DNA from: Candidatus Amesbacteria bacterium
GTDB lineage: Bacteria; Patescibacteriota; Microgenomatia; CAZETR01; Amesbacteraceae
Direction of reading: 5' to 3'
Assembly (NCBI GenBank): GCA_027371535.1
Contig: DAHXMV010000001.1
Span: 172,825-236,824, forward strand
DNA length: 64,000 nt
In this document: positions 9,209-18,337 of the stretch, one piece after another
How positions within the stretch are numbered: the stretch's first letter is position 1
How the letters are laid out: every line of letters begins with the position of its first letter
Made by a program: the position numbers and the translations under genes
The notes under the pieces: model-generated
Database searches by the model: none
The model's input: the letters and a program-made list of their open reading frames with translations, nothing else
What the model was told of the DNA's origin: nothing

Positions 9209-12200
9209 AGCTTTGGGTTTGGGGCAGTTGGGTTTGAGAATTAAGACTAGATTCAATCACGGATATAAACTGGTCGGCTTTGGAATTCCAGTCGAACAAG
9301 CGCGACCAAGTCAGAGCTGCCCGGGAAAACCTAGTGAGGTTATCAGTATTTTTCACCAGATCTAGCATGACCCGGGTTAAAAATTCTATATTTTTAACCG
9401 GAACCAAAACACCCGTCCGGCCGGAGGCTACAGAGTCACGCAAACCACCCACATCTGAAGCAATCACCGGAGTGCCACAGGCATTAGCTTCAATCACGGT
9501 GATACCCCAGCCCTCAAAGGAAGAAGGCTGAAGCATGGCCCAACCCCTGCCCAGAAGTTCGCTTTTTTGTTTTTCACTGACTCTTTGGGTAAATATCACG
9601 GATTTACCAAGATGCAGTTTGGCGGCCAGGGCCCGCAGATTATCCAAATTTTCACCCCAGCCGGAAATGAAAAACCTGGCTGCAGGATAACTTTTTACCA
9701 CCACGGCAAAGGCTTTGATGGCAACATCGATATTTTTATACGGCCTGAGGCGCCCCAAATAGATGAAAGAAGGGTAGGGGGTCTTTGGACAGGGGTGAAA
9801 CATATCCGGATCAATGCCGGGATTTACTACAGAAATATCCTGAGCAGGAGCCAAACCCAGGTCAACAATATCAGTTTTGGAGGATTCGGAAACGGTGAGC
9901 ACCTGATGATGTTTATAAACCAATGGCATCACCTTCGATTCCAAAAACACAGCCAGCGAGGAAAGAGGAAATGCCAGATGTTCACGAAAAACATTCTGGT
10001 GGATATGGTGGATTAACAGAAAAACAGGCAGACGTGAATATATGGGGGTAAAAAACGGAATCCCGTTTTCACAGTCTATAATAACATCAAATTGACCCCT
10101 GAATTTAAGGAAATAATAGATGACAGCCCAGATATAGACCGTAAAGAAACCACCACGCCGGATTATCCGGACGCCATTTTTAATCTCATTCCTCCGGGAC
10201 TTACCGTCGTTCCCGCAAAAAACAGTCACCTGATAACCCTGACTGACCCAACGCTTTGACATCTCCTGGATATAAACTTCCGCACCGCCAGCCCAGACAT
10301 GTCCGGTATCCCGCCAGTTAAAAATTAACAAGCGGAGTTTTTGGGAATTGTAAATCTGATTATCAGGCAAGCCCCGGAACAAGCCTGTAAAATCCGCAAA
10401 ATTACGGATTAAATTCTTTATCTGGTCATAATACAGGTGCCCAAGGCCAACCAGAAACAGATAAAAAATGCTGTAGTAAAACATGGCATAAACAAAAGCC
10501 GTCAAATTGTTTTTGGCAGAGTATAAAAAGAGCACCTGTACGGGCGAGGTTATGACACTTAAATAACTAAAAATATACTGATGGCGGATTTGGTAGTAAT
10601 TGACAATATTACTGGCGATAGTAAAAGCCACCATAGCCAATGTAAACCACGGTAATAAACCGGAAAGAGGCAATATTTTGCTACCAAAAAGAAGGGGGGC
10701 GGTTATCTTACCGAAAACTCCGAAAACCACTGATACTGCCAGAGAAACAAGAGTAGTCACCAACAAAATCCGATAGAAAATCTGTTTGGAATTTTTTCCG
10801 GCCCCCTCTGCCCGGCTGACCAGGGGGGTAATAAACTGGGAAAAAGTCCCGCCGGCAAAATAAACCATTTTCCCGACCAGGGAAATCAGGGCATACTGAC
10901 CTGCCTGGACGGGGTTTAAAAACATTTTGGCAAAGACGATATCCAGACTCAAAAAAGACAGGGCTGAAATTCTGACCAAAAGAGAGGAAGCAAAAAATTT
11001 CCGGGGAAAATGGGTAACTGCAGCTTTATCCGGCAAGGGAGCTGAAGTTTTAAGAGTCCGAGCTGCCAGCCAGGTAAACAAAAAGGGAAACGAGGAGGCC
11101 AGGGGGATAGCTGCATAAACCAGATTGTTCCATCCTAAATGGATAAACAACATGGTCAGCAGGAATTTAATGACTGATTCCGAAACGGTAGCTACAGCCA
11201 GAATAGTAAACCGCGTATTGCCAGCTAAAAATCCGCCGTCAACTGCCGATAAAGTGCCGATAATCCATACAGGAGAAAATAATATAAAAGGAAATGCCGA
11301 ATGACTGCCGAAAACTGCCGGTAACCAGGGAGACAAAATTAACCAAAGCGCGGTTATAACCAGTGATAAACGAAAAACATTTTCCCTGATGTAGGCCCAA
11401 AATTGTTTAGGTATCAGGTTAAACCGGCCGAACAGAAAACCGCTTCTGTAGGTCACTGTCCTGGCCAAAGCACCGGCCGGAATTTCCAGCAAATTGTAAA
11501 AACTGCCCATCAGGCTGATAATCCCGAAGTCCGAAAGAGTGATTCCCGGGCTATGACTTAAAAAGGCATTGTATAAGAAATTGAAAAAATTACTGAAGAC
11601 CGAGGATGCTATCAAGGCTCCGGCTCCCAGGTTCTGGCGGGAAAAAAGCGATTTAACGGAGGTAAAATTAAAAGCCAATTCCGGGGTGAGAACGATATGT
11701 TCCGGGACAGTTTTGGGGTCCAAATTAATACCGTGGTGGGTTTTTTCCCAATAATGAGGTTTTACTACCAACTGATATACAGCCTTGACAGCGGCAAAAC
11801 TGATCATCAACCAATAAAACGGCACCAGATAAATATATTTCACCAGGTCCCAGCGGTCCCTTTTGGCGCAGCCAATCATGTAGTTATAAAAGAACATAAA
11901 GTTACCGATAACAGCCGAGAAAACAGCCATATAGAAAATTATCGGAGGATAGATAGCTTCGATTTGGGGTCCGACATACCGGTAGAGGGTAAAGTAGGCG
12001 ATAGTTGTCAACCAGAGGAAAGGATTAATAACCATAAAGGTGATACGCAAGCCGATGACCAGTTGAAAAATCAGAGCATGGATTCCGTGTTTTTTCAGAA
12101 AAGCCAAGGGGTGGCGGTTGTGGACCAAAAAAGTCTGGATGTAGCCTTTGATCCAGCGTGAACGCTGCCGGATCCAACTGGCCAGATTCCCGTTGGCTTC

Positions 12201-13814
12201 CTCGAGGGTGGTGGAATCAATCATGGCTGTCTGGAATCCGTTTTTGAATAAGCGGGCGCCCAAATCGCAATCTTCAGTGACATTGAAAGCATCCCAACCG
12301 TGGAGGGATTTCAAGACCCGGGTACGAAAATGGTTGGAGGTTCCGCCCAACGGGATAGTGGTATTAATTGATTGCAGTCCGGGCAACACCACGTCAAACC
12401 AAAGTGAATATTCAGCGGTGAACAAACGGGTAAGCAAGTTTCGGCCGGGGTTGTAAAAATTCAATTTTCCCTGCAGACAGGCCACTTTTTGTGGCGAGTT
12501 CAGAAAACCCAGATAAGCTTTTTTCAGCTGCAACGGATCCGGTTGGTCTTCGGCATCATAAACAACCACATACTCCCCCCTGACAAAGTTCAGGCCGTAA
12601 TTACAGGCTTTGGGTTTAGTTTTAGGTTGCGAATCGGGGACGATAATCGTCCTGATATATGAAGGCAATCCATAATTTTGGGCAGCGGTGATTGTGGCCT
12701 GATCATCAGCTTCCAAAAGCAGTATCACATCCAATTTATTTTTCGGCCAATCGACTCCGGTGATGGAATCTACAAAAGCCGGCAGCACACCCGCTTCCCG
12801 GTATAGAGGACACAGAATGCTATAAACAGGCAAATCCACACGGTCCAGTGAGGCCAAATCAGAGTCCGAAAAGGTTAATTCCGGCGGGAAATGCAAACTT
12901 TTCAGGACTATATACAGACTGAACAGGGTATCCAACAAATAAATTGAGGTCAGAATGGCTGTCAAAAAAATGGCAGTATTTAACGGGGTGAAATAAAAAC
13001 CTAAAAGAACTAATAACAAACAAACCAACAATCCGGCTTTCTGCCAAGGGTAGAGTGTAGGAACGGCGGAGTCTGACAGAGGCAGACGGGTATGGGTCAC
13101 AAAGCGATGTTTTTTGTGGACAATACCCGAACCGATATTATTTTCCGGGTACGGACCATTGATCGCAAAAAGTGATGGGGTATGGATTTTGGTCTTCAAG
13201 ACAGCGGTAAAATGCTGCCATGCTGAGATCTCTTCCCGATTGGCGGGGATGTCCTGGAAAACTTCAGCCACGGAATATCCAAGCTGTATGGCAGTATGCA
13301 GAAGCCAAATGTCAATGTCATTTTTACCAAGTTTTCCAAGAGGCAAATAATCTACTAAAACCCGGGGAAGAATCTTTAGGCCGGAATTGACATCATACTG
13401 AATACCCAACAAAGTCCTGGTCAGTGAATTATGAATGCGGGAGAATCTACTATTTTTGCGGCTGGCGATAATAACCTGATTCTCGGGCAGTAAATCCAGC
13501 ATCCGGGTAAAAACATCACGACTAAAAGGGGTGTTTTCGTCATAATAAGCTATAAATTCAGCCTGAGACGCGGACATTCCGTCTAACAAGGATTGGGTTT
13601 TACCATCCCGGCTGGTCTGAATAATCTTTATAGGATAATCTTTGGATAGTTTTTCCAGCGATCGTTGGTTATTTATTACTCCCCGTTCAAGTGCCAGGAT
13701 AAAAGTATACGAAATCCGGACATGATTCAGAACCTGCTGAAATTGATCTAATAGCGGGATAAGAGATCCCGATTTCCGGTTAATCCGGATAATAATATCC
13801 AGGTTATCTTTCAT
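9189..13814 (-). CDS. 1541-aa multidomain polysaccharide synthase fusion: N-terminal GT2-like domain, processive GT2 domain (DAED, TED, QRSRW motifs) with TM bundle, Wzx/MATE-like polysaccharide flippase-like TM region, C-terminal GT4 domain
   Basis: A single uninterrupted ORF. Residues ~330-560 carry PVYSILCPLYRE..YDAEDQ..TEDCDLG..QRSRWIKG, the hallmarks of cellulose/chitin/hyaluronan-synthase-like GT2. Residues ~700-1150 are about 12 TM helices. The C-terminus carries EGWGITVIEANACGTPVIASDVGG, a GT4 E-x7-E region. Confidence 0.7.
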   Translation of the reverse strand: MKDNLDIIIRINRKSGSLIPLLDQFQQVLNHVRISYTFILALERGVINNQRSLEKLSKDYPIKIIQTSRDGKTQSLLDGMSASQAEFIAYYDENTPFSRDVFTRMLDLLPENQVIIASRKNSRFSRIHNSLTRTLLGIQYDVNSGLKILPRVLVDYLPLGKLGKNDIDIWLLHTAIQLGYSVAEVFQDIPANREEISAWQHFTAVLKTKIHTPSLFAINGPYPENNIGSGIVHKKHRFVTHTRLPLSDSAVPTLYPWQKAGLLVCLLLVLLGFYFTPLNTAIFLTAILTSIYLLDTLFSLYIVLKSLHFPPELTFSDSDLASLDRVDLPVYSILCPLYREAGVLPAFVDSITGVDWPKNKLDVILLLEADDQATITAAQNYGLPSYIRTIIVPDSQPKTKPKACNYGLNFVRGEYVVVYDAEDQPDPLQLKKAYLGFLNSPQKVACLQGKLNFYNPGRNLLTRLFTAEYSLWFDVVLPGLQSINTTIPLGGTSNHFRTRVLKSLHGWDAFNVTEDCDLGARLFKNGFQTAMIDSTTLEEANGNLASWIRQRSRWIKGYIQTFLVHNRHPLAFLKKHGIHALIFQLVIGLRITFMVINPFLWLTTIAYFTLYRYVGPQIEAIYPPIIFYMAVFSAVIGNFMFFYNYMIGCAKRDRWDLVKYIYLVPFYWLMISFAAVKAVYQLVVKPHYWEKTHHGINLDPKTVPEHIVLTPELAFNFTSVKSLFSRQNLGAGALIASSVFSNFFNFLYNAFLSHSPGITLSDFGIISLMGSFYNLLEIPAGALARTVTYRSGFLFGRFNLIPKQFWAYIRENVFRLSLVITALWLILSPWLPAVFGSHSAFPFILFSPVWIIGTLSAVDGGFLAGNTRFTILAVATVSESVIKFLLTMLFIHLGWNNLVYAAIPLASSFPFLFTWLAARTLKTSAPLPDKAAVTHFPRKFFASSLLVRISALSFLSLDIVFAKMFLNPVQAGQYALISLVGKMVYFAGGTFSQFITPLVSRAEGAGKNSKQIFYRILLVTTLVSLAVSVVFGVFGKITAPLLFGSKILPLSGLLPWFTLAMVAFTIASNIVNYYQIRHQYIFSYLSVITSPVQVLFLYSAKNNLTAFVYAMFYYSIFYLFLVGLGHLYYDQIKNLIRNFADFTGLFRGLPDNQIYNSQKLRLLIFNWRDTGHVWAGGAEVYIQEMSKRWVSQGYQVTVFCGNDGKSRRNEIKNGVRIIRRGGFFTVYIWAVIYYFLKFRGQFDVIIDCENGIPFFTPIYSRLPVFLLIHHIHQNVFREHLAFPLSSLAVFLESKVMPLVYKHHQVLTVSESSKTDIVDLGLAPAQDISVVNPGIDPDMFHPCPKTPYPSFIYLGRLRPYKNIDVAIKAFAVVVKSYPAARFFISGWGENLDNLRALAAKLHLGKSVIFTQRVSEKQKSELLGRGWAMLQPSSFEGWGITVIEANACGTPVIASDVGGLRDSVASGRTGVLVPVKNIEFLTRVMLDLVKNTDNLTRFSRAALTWSRLFDWNSKADQFISVIESSLNSQTQLPQTQSWYAPAD

Positions 13815-13835
13815 AATTAGTATTAAAAAAATAAC

Positions 13836-13868
13836 CCTAGAGGGTTACTAACTATAGGATTATACCTT
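13836..13868 (-). promoter_or_regulatory. putative promoter (-10 TATAAT on minus strand at 13858-13863) plus 6-bp-arm palindrome AACCCT-AG-AGGGTT just upstream of the giant glycosyltransferase gene start
   Basis: Read directly: ggattatacc gives TATAAT on the minus strand. The palindrome sits at 13836-13849, between the -10 element and the ATG at 13814. Confidence 0.3.
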
Positions 13869-13884
13869 ATTAATAAGAAAAATT

Positions 13885-14265
13885 CTAGCCGAAGTTAAAT
13901 GAGAAGAATGTGAGAATTGTGGCAGACCCAAAAATTCCCATACTATCGATTAAAATATCCCTGACCCGGCCATCACGACCAGACACAAAAGTTTGGTGAA
14001 ATTCATCGGATGAAGCGTAAATCAGCCCGATGGCTATCAGCAGAATAATAATGCTTTTTTTAGTCAAATTTGTTGTCCGGTGCAGAGAAAAATATAACAG
14101 ACATCCCAGGATGAAATACTCGGTAACATGGGCACATTTTTTAATCAAGAAGTCCTGCCATGCGACCGGGGAGACATGCAAGGGGGGCCGGGAAGAAAAA
14201 CCGAAAATCACTACCATCCAAAATAGTGTGGGTAACCAATAATATACCCGGGGTAACGGTTTCAT
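13885..14265 (-). CDS. VanZ-like family membrane protein
   Basis: Four TM helices. The motif string CAHVTEYFILGCLLY ... SSDEFHQTFVSGRDGRVRDILIDSMG matches VanZ-like conservation. Confidence 0.6.
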   Translation of the reverse strand: MKPLPRVYYWLPTLFWMVVIFGFSSRPPLHVSPVAWQDFLIKKCAHVTEYFILGCLLYFSLHRTTNLTKKSIIILLIAIGLIYASSDEFHQTFVSGRDGRVRDILIDSMGIFGSATILTFFSFNFG

Positions 14266-15116
14266 GGCAAAGAAATTTTACTAGATTTTTTGAGTAAAAG
14301 GTAAGCGGAGATGATCATAACAAAACCGCCTAAGGCCATCAGAGCAATACCGGGTAACCGGGACGGGGAGGCCAGTTGATCTTCGGCTACCGAGAGATCC
14401 AACGCCGGGACGGCTGTTACCGAAACAGAAAGTATATTGGCGGCTAATACAGAGGAGGGTGTGGCTGCCGGAGCGGATAGAGGAGGATCGGCAATCGGAG
14501 AAGCAGCTGCAGACTGAACGGGGAAAAACGGGGTTAAGGTTGGTCTGAGGGTGGGTTTGGCAGTGGGCTGGGGAGTAATTCTGGGGGTAGGCGGAACAGA
14601 AGTGGATGTGGTTTTAGGAACGGGAACGGGAGTAGCGGTGGGCACAGGGGTGACTGTGGGGGGCGGACCGGAGAGGGAAATTGCGACAGGATCAGACCAT
14701 AAGGCCGGACTATTATCCGAGGTATAACGGCCGACTTTGAAAAAGTAGTCTCCCGGTCCGGAAAAATATTTGTCTGACGGGTCCGGTTTGACGTCCAGAC
14801 TGAGGCTGGCTACGGGTGAAGATTTGTCTATGGGGGCCAGATGAAAGTATCGGGTGGCAAGTGAACCGGGTGAATTTATCCATTCGCCCCCGTTATTTTT
14901 TGTGAATCCGAAATAATTTGTAGATTTAGGTGTATAAAATACCGCCCGGAGATAAGAGTCACCACAACCGGCAGGACAGGAAAGACTAATCTCAACCGGA
15001 AATTGACTATTTAAATCCGCCGAGGCCGGACATCCGGTGAAAGTCAGGGTAATAGCCGCTCGAATTGGGGAAAAAGATAATAAAAAGAAGACCGGACAAA
15101 TCTTCCACCAGCTCAT
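14262..15116 (-). CDS. secreted Pro/Thr-rich cell-surface protein with C-terminal hydrophobic anchor
   Basis: Has a signal peptide. A PT-rich linker is present (PPPTVTPVPTATPVPVPKTTSTSVPPTPRITPQPTAKPT). The C-terminus is SRLPGIALMALGGFVMIISAYLLL + KKSSK. Confidence 0.55.
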   Translation of the reverse strand: MSWWKICPVFFLLSFSPIRAAITLTFTGCPASADLNSQFPVEISLSCPAGCGDSYLRAVFYTPKSTNYFGFTKNNGGEWINSPGSLATRYFHLAPIDKSSPVASLSLDVKPDPSDKYFSGPGDYFFKVGRYTSDNSPALWSDPVAISLSGPPPTVTPVPTATPVPVPKTTSTSVPPTPRITPQPTAKPTLRPTLTPFFPVQSAAASPIADPPLSAPAATPSSVLAANILSVSVTAVPALDLSVAEDQLASPSRLPGIALMALGGFVMIISAYLLLKKSSKISLP

Positions 15117-15120
15117 GATG

Positions 15121-16287
15121 TCAGGACTTGATATAAGTGGAAACGGATATGATGCTGGAGGTGGAATAATGGTCGGAAAATTTCAGATCCGGCCCGAACC
15201 AGGGATCGTTCATAATATAATCCGGGCCGTTTTTAGACTTTATAACAATGAAATGCTCCGAACCGTTGGCGAATTTCAGACCGATAATTACCGGACGTCC
15301 CGCAGCCAGTTCGGAATCCACCAGTGAAAGATTACGGCCGTTATAGACTGTAAATTTAAATCCGGGTTGAGACGGCCACGGAATCCACATCAGATCCTGG
15401 AAAAAATAACTGGTATTGGAAGCAATATCAGCCGGGGTGACATTCATGCCATTTTTCTTTTGTAACATCGCCACACTGGTAATCAGGCATCCATACTGCC
15501 ATACCAGGCTGGGATTTTTTGATCCACAAGTGGTACCGATACAGGCACCGCCCCAGCGCTGGTCACGCTGGTTCATATACCAACCGTCGGGACTGGATTG
15601 AGGTGGCAAAAGACCCCCGCCTTCGGTAAACAAAGCCAGAGCGTTTCGCTGGGCTATGGCTTCATTCAGAAGTTTTTGGTAATTGGCTTCGTCGTTTTTG
15701 GTTTGTTTTAAGAGGAGGTCCTTTTGAGCCCGGAGGCTATCCAGATCAGCTTTCTGGAACTGCAGACGCTTTTTTGATGATTCGATCAGGTCCTTCTGCT
15801 GGGCATAATTTGTCTGAATAAGCTGAGTATCGTGAAGCATTTTCCGACTGGAGCTCTGGGTCTCCTGGGCATATTTAAAATGGTCCAACATCTGTGAAAA
15901 ATTATCAGATGAAAAAATCAGTTCAATAGGATCTATCTTCTCCTGCTTATAGGTGGCTACGATCTGCTTTTGCAAATATTCCACCCGCTGTTCCAGTTTG
16001 GTTTCCAAAACGTCTATTTTTTGGGATATAACGGAGATCAGATCCGTTGTCTGAGCGATTTTTAACTGGTTTAAAGTAATCTGATTGTCATAATAAGTAA
16101 TCTGACCTCCCAGAGTTTTGGCATTGCCCTGGGCCGTAGCAATTTTTTGATTAAGATCATCGATTAACTGCTGACACTCAGTCTGCTTGTCAGGCTGGTT
16201 GCAAACATCGGTCTGATCCGCGCGGACATAAGGCGCCAGGCAGAAATAGCACAAGATAAACAGTGAAAAACCTAATAATTTTTTCAT
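15121..16287 (-). CDS. PcsB/EnvC-like divisome peptidoglycan hydrolase: signal peptide, long coiled-coil, C-terminal papain-like cysteine peptidase (CHAP/C39-like) domain
   Basis: Heptad-rich region spans residues ~30-210. The C-terminal domain has a candidate catalytic Cys (WGGACIGTTCGS..YGCLITSVAML) and His (GSEHFIVIK). It lies immediately downstream of ftsEX. Confidence 0.55.
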   Translation of the reverse strand: MKKLLGFSLFILCYFCLAPYVRADQTDVCNQPDKQTECQQLIDDLNQKIATAQGNAKTLGGQITYYDNQITLNQLKIAQTTDLISVISQKIDVLETKLEQRVEYLQKQIVATYKQEKIDPIELIFSSDNFSQMLDHFKYAQETQSSSRKMLHDTQLIQTNYAQQKDLIESSKKRLQFQKADLDSLRAQKDLLLKQTKNDEANYQKLLNEAIAQRNALALFTEGGGLLPPQSSPDGWYMNQRDQRWGGACIGTTCGSKNPSLVWQYGCLITSVAMLQKKNGMNVTPADIASNTSYFFQDLMWIPWPSQPGFKFTVYNGRNLSLVDSELAAGRPVIIGLKFANGSEHFIVIKSKNGPDYIMNDPWFGPDLKFSDHYSTSSIISVSTYIKS

Positions 16288-17162
16288 GACTTGAGAAAGC
16301 GCCTGGTGGCAATTATCCCTCCCAGACTACCCACTACAACCCCCGTAGCCAATTCACCGGCCAGAAGTTTAAGCATAAACCAAACCGATACCGGTAAAAC
16401 CGGTATCCCGGAAAGGAAACTGTTTAAGAAATTCATGGAAGATAAAAGCAGAAGATACGAGACTCCCCAGGCAATCACAGCACCAAAAAGGCCGTATATT
16501 ATGCCCTCCCAAATAAACGGGGCGGATATATAACCGGAAGTGGCCCCGACCAACTGGAGAAGTAATATTTCGTCCCGGCGATTTGCTGCTTTTATTCCTA
16601 TAATAAGCAATATTATTATTAAAGTGATCAAAATATGTGTACATACAAAAGAAGCACCGATTATGCGTACAGAATTTGTCCATTGGGTTAACGAAGAGAC
16701 TATATCTTCTGCATATCTGACATCGTCTATCCCCGATTCCTTTTTCAATCGATCGGCAATGTTTTTAAGATCCTGTGGGGTCTTGGCTGAGATTTCAATT
16801 GAAGCCGGCAGCATTTCGGCAGTAACAGCTTCAATCAGGAGCGGATCAGATTTATTCAAATCACGATAAAGTTTTAATGCATCATCTTTGGAAACATATT
16901 TAAAATCAGAAACCAGCCCGGTGCCTTCAATCCGGTTTTTGATATCCGTGACCTGCTGGTTTGTGGGGACATAATCGGCGTTGAAGTAGGCGTTGACCTG
17001 GGGCCGGGTTTCAAAAAAATTGAGAACTGTCTGGGAACCGGCGGCGATTAAAAAAAAGACGCTGGCTAAAAACAAGGTCATGGTCATGATAGAAACCGCC
17101 GCAATGGTCTGATAAGGAGCCCTCCGGATACGCTGCCAGGCGACGGTGATAGCTTTAGTCAT
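16284..17162 (-). CDS. ftsX: cell division ABC transporter permease-like protein FtsX
   Basis: N-terminal TM, large extracytoplasmic loop, three C-terminal TM helices. Coupled to ftsE. Confidence 0.7.
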   Translation of the reverse strand: MTKAITVAWQRIRRAPYQTIAAVSIMTMTLFLASVFFLIAAGSQTVLNFFETRPQVNAYFNADYVPTNQQVTDIKNRIEGTGLVSDFKYVSKDDALKLYRDLNKSDPLLIEAVTAEMLPASIEISAKTPQDLKNIADRLKKESGIDDVRYAEDIVSSLTQWTNSVRIIGASFVCTHILITLIIILLIIGIKAANRRDEILLLQLVGATSGYISAPFIWEGIIYGLFGAVIAWGVSYLLLLSSMNFLNSFLSGIPVLPVSVWFMLKLLAGELATGVVVGSLGGIIATRRFLKS

Positions 17163-17832
17163 ATCGTCCTGTCGGTTCATCCTTAATTAACCTGCCTTTG
17201 TCCAAAGTGATAACCCGCAAACCGTAACGGTTGACTATTTCACTATTATGCGTGGCCATGATAACCGTGGTTTTTAAATGAGTATGAATTTCCTTAATCA
17301 GTTTAACAATAGACTGGGCAGTTTTGGGATCCAGATTGCCTGTGGGCTCATCAGCCAATAAAAGTTTGGGTTTGGCGACAATGGCCCGGGCCAAACCCAC
17401 CCGTTGCAATTCCCCTCCGGACAGCTGGGCTGGAAAAAGCCTGTTTTTACCTTTCAGACCTACCATTTCCAATGATATTTCCACCGCTTGGCGGATATCG
17501 GGGGATTTTACTCCCCTGACTTCCAGAGGCAAGGCAACATTTTCAGCCACATTCTGATCATTTAAAAGTTTAAAGTCCTGGTAAACCGTACCGATGTCCC
17601 GCCGAAACAGGGGCAGGGCCTGACCTTTGAGCTTTAGCATATCCTGACCATTTACTTCCAGTATGCCGCTATCTGGTTTAAGTTCCCGGATTAATAGCCT
17701 TAAAAAGGTGGTCTTTCCTGACCCTGATGCCCCGGTCAAGAAAACAAAATCCCCTTCCGAAACAGACAGAGACACCCGGTCCAGCGCAACCATATTTCCG
17801 AATTTTTTGGTGAGATCCCTGACAGTAACCAT
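17155..17832 (-). CDS. ftsE: cell division ATP-binding protein FtsE
   Basis: Walker A GASGSGKTT, ABC signature LSGGELQRV, Walker B LLLADEP. At 225 aa it is typical of FtsE. Confidence 0.8.
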   Translation of the reverse strand: MVTVRDLTKKFGNMVALDRVSLSVSEGDFVFLTGASGSGKTTFLRLLIRELKPDSGILEVNGQDMLKLKGQALPLFRRDIGTVYQDFKLLNDQNVAENVALPLEVRGVKSPDIRQAVEISLEMVGLKGKNRLFPAQLSGGELQRVGLARAIVAKPKLLLADEPTGNLDPKTAQSIVKLIKEIHTHLKTTVIMATHNSEIVNRYGLRVITLDKGRLIKDEPTGRYD

Positions 17833-17838
17833 GGCAGT

Positions 17839-18318
17839 TTAATCCAAAATTTTCAGTCGCCCGACATCCATCAGCCAACCTGCATACTTCGCCTGCAAAG
17901 TTTGTCCCCAGACCTGGACTTTTTTACCGACGTATGAATCCAAATCGACGACCGAGGAAACCAGATAAACAGTTTGGCTGGGGCCGCCGTCCCGGACAAG
18001 TTTATGGGTGCCTTCACCCCTGATACCACCAGCCTGAAGGGTCCCCGTGGCGGTATCTTTAAAAGTTGAGGTGTCACTGGAACCGATAATACCTGAGGCG
18101 TTGGGGGTAGTGCTGACCGTGTTACCGGTCTGTGAGGCGGCTTTGTCCGCGGCCTGGGGTTTGGCCAGAAAATAACCCGCGACAAGACCAAAAATAACTA
18201 TAAAAATATATAAAACAAAGAAGCCGTTTTTTGAGGGTGGGGAAGGATGATTTACGGCGGAATGCTGGGGAGTCAAAGTTTGCGGGTCTATAGAAGTTAC
18301 TAAAGGTTTATCTTCCAT
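17839..18318 (-). CDS. hypothetical membrane-anchored protein
   Basis: Single N-terminal TM (FFVLYIFIVIFGLVAGYFLA) and an extracytoplasmic Ser/Thr/Gly-rich domain. No recognisable family. Confidence 0.4.
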   Translation of the reverse strand: MEDKPLVTSIDPQTLTPQHSAVNHPSPPSKNGFFVLYIFIVIFGLVAGYFLAKPQAADKAASQTGNTVSTTPNASGIIGSSDTSTFKDTATGTLQAGGIRGEGTHKLVRDGGPSQTVYLVSSVVDLDSYVGKKVQVWGQTLQAKYAGWLMDVGRLKILD

Positions 18319-18337
18319 AAAATGAGTATAACATACG

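Noticed and set aside
9280-13350. Plus-strand ORFs of 60-154 aa (e.g. 9567-10016, 11697-12161, 12148-12456) inside the giant minus-strand gene
   Set aside because: They are antisense shadow ORFs within a well-supported 1541-aa coding frame. They have no motifs and low-complexity composition.
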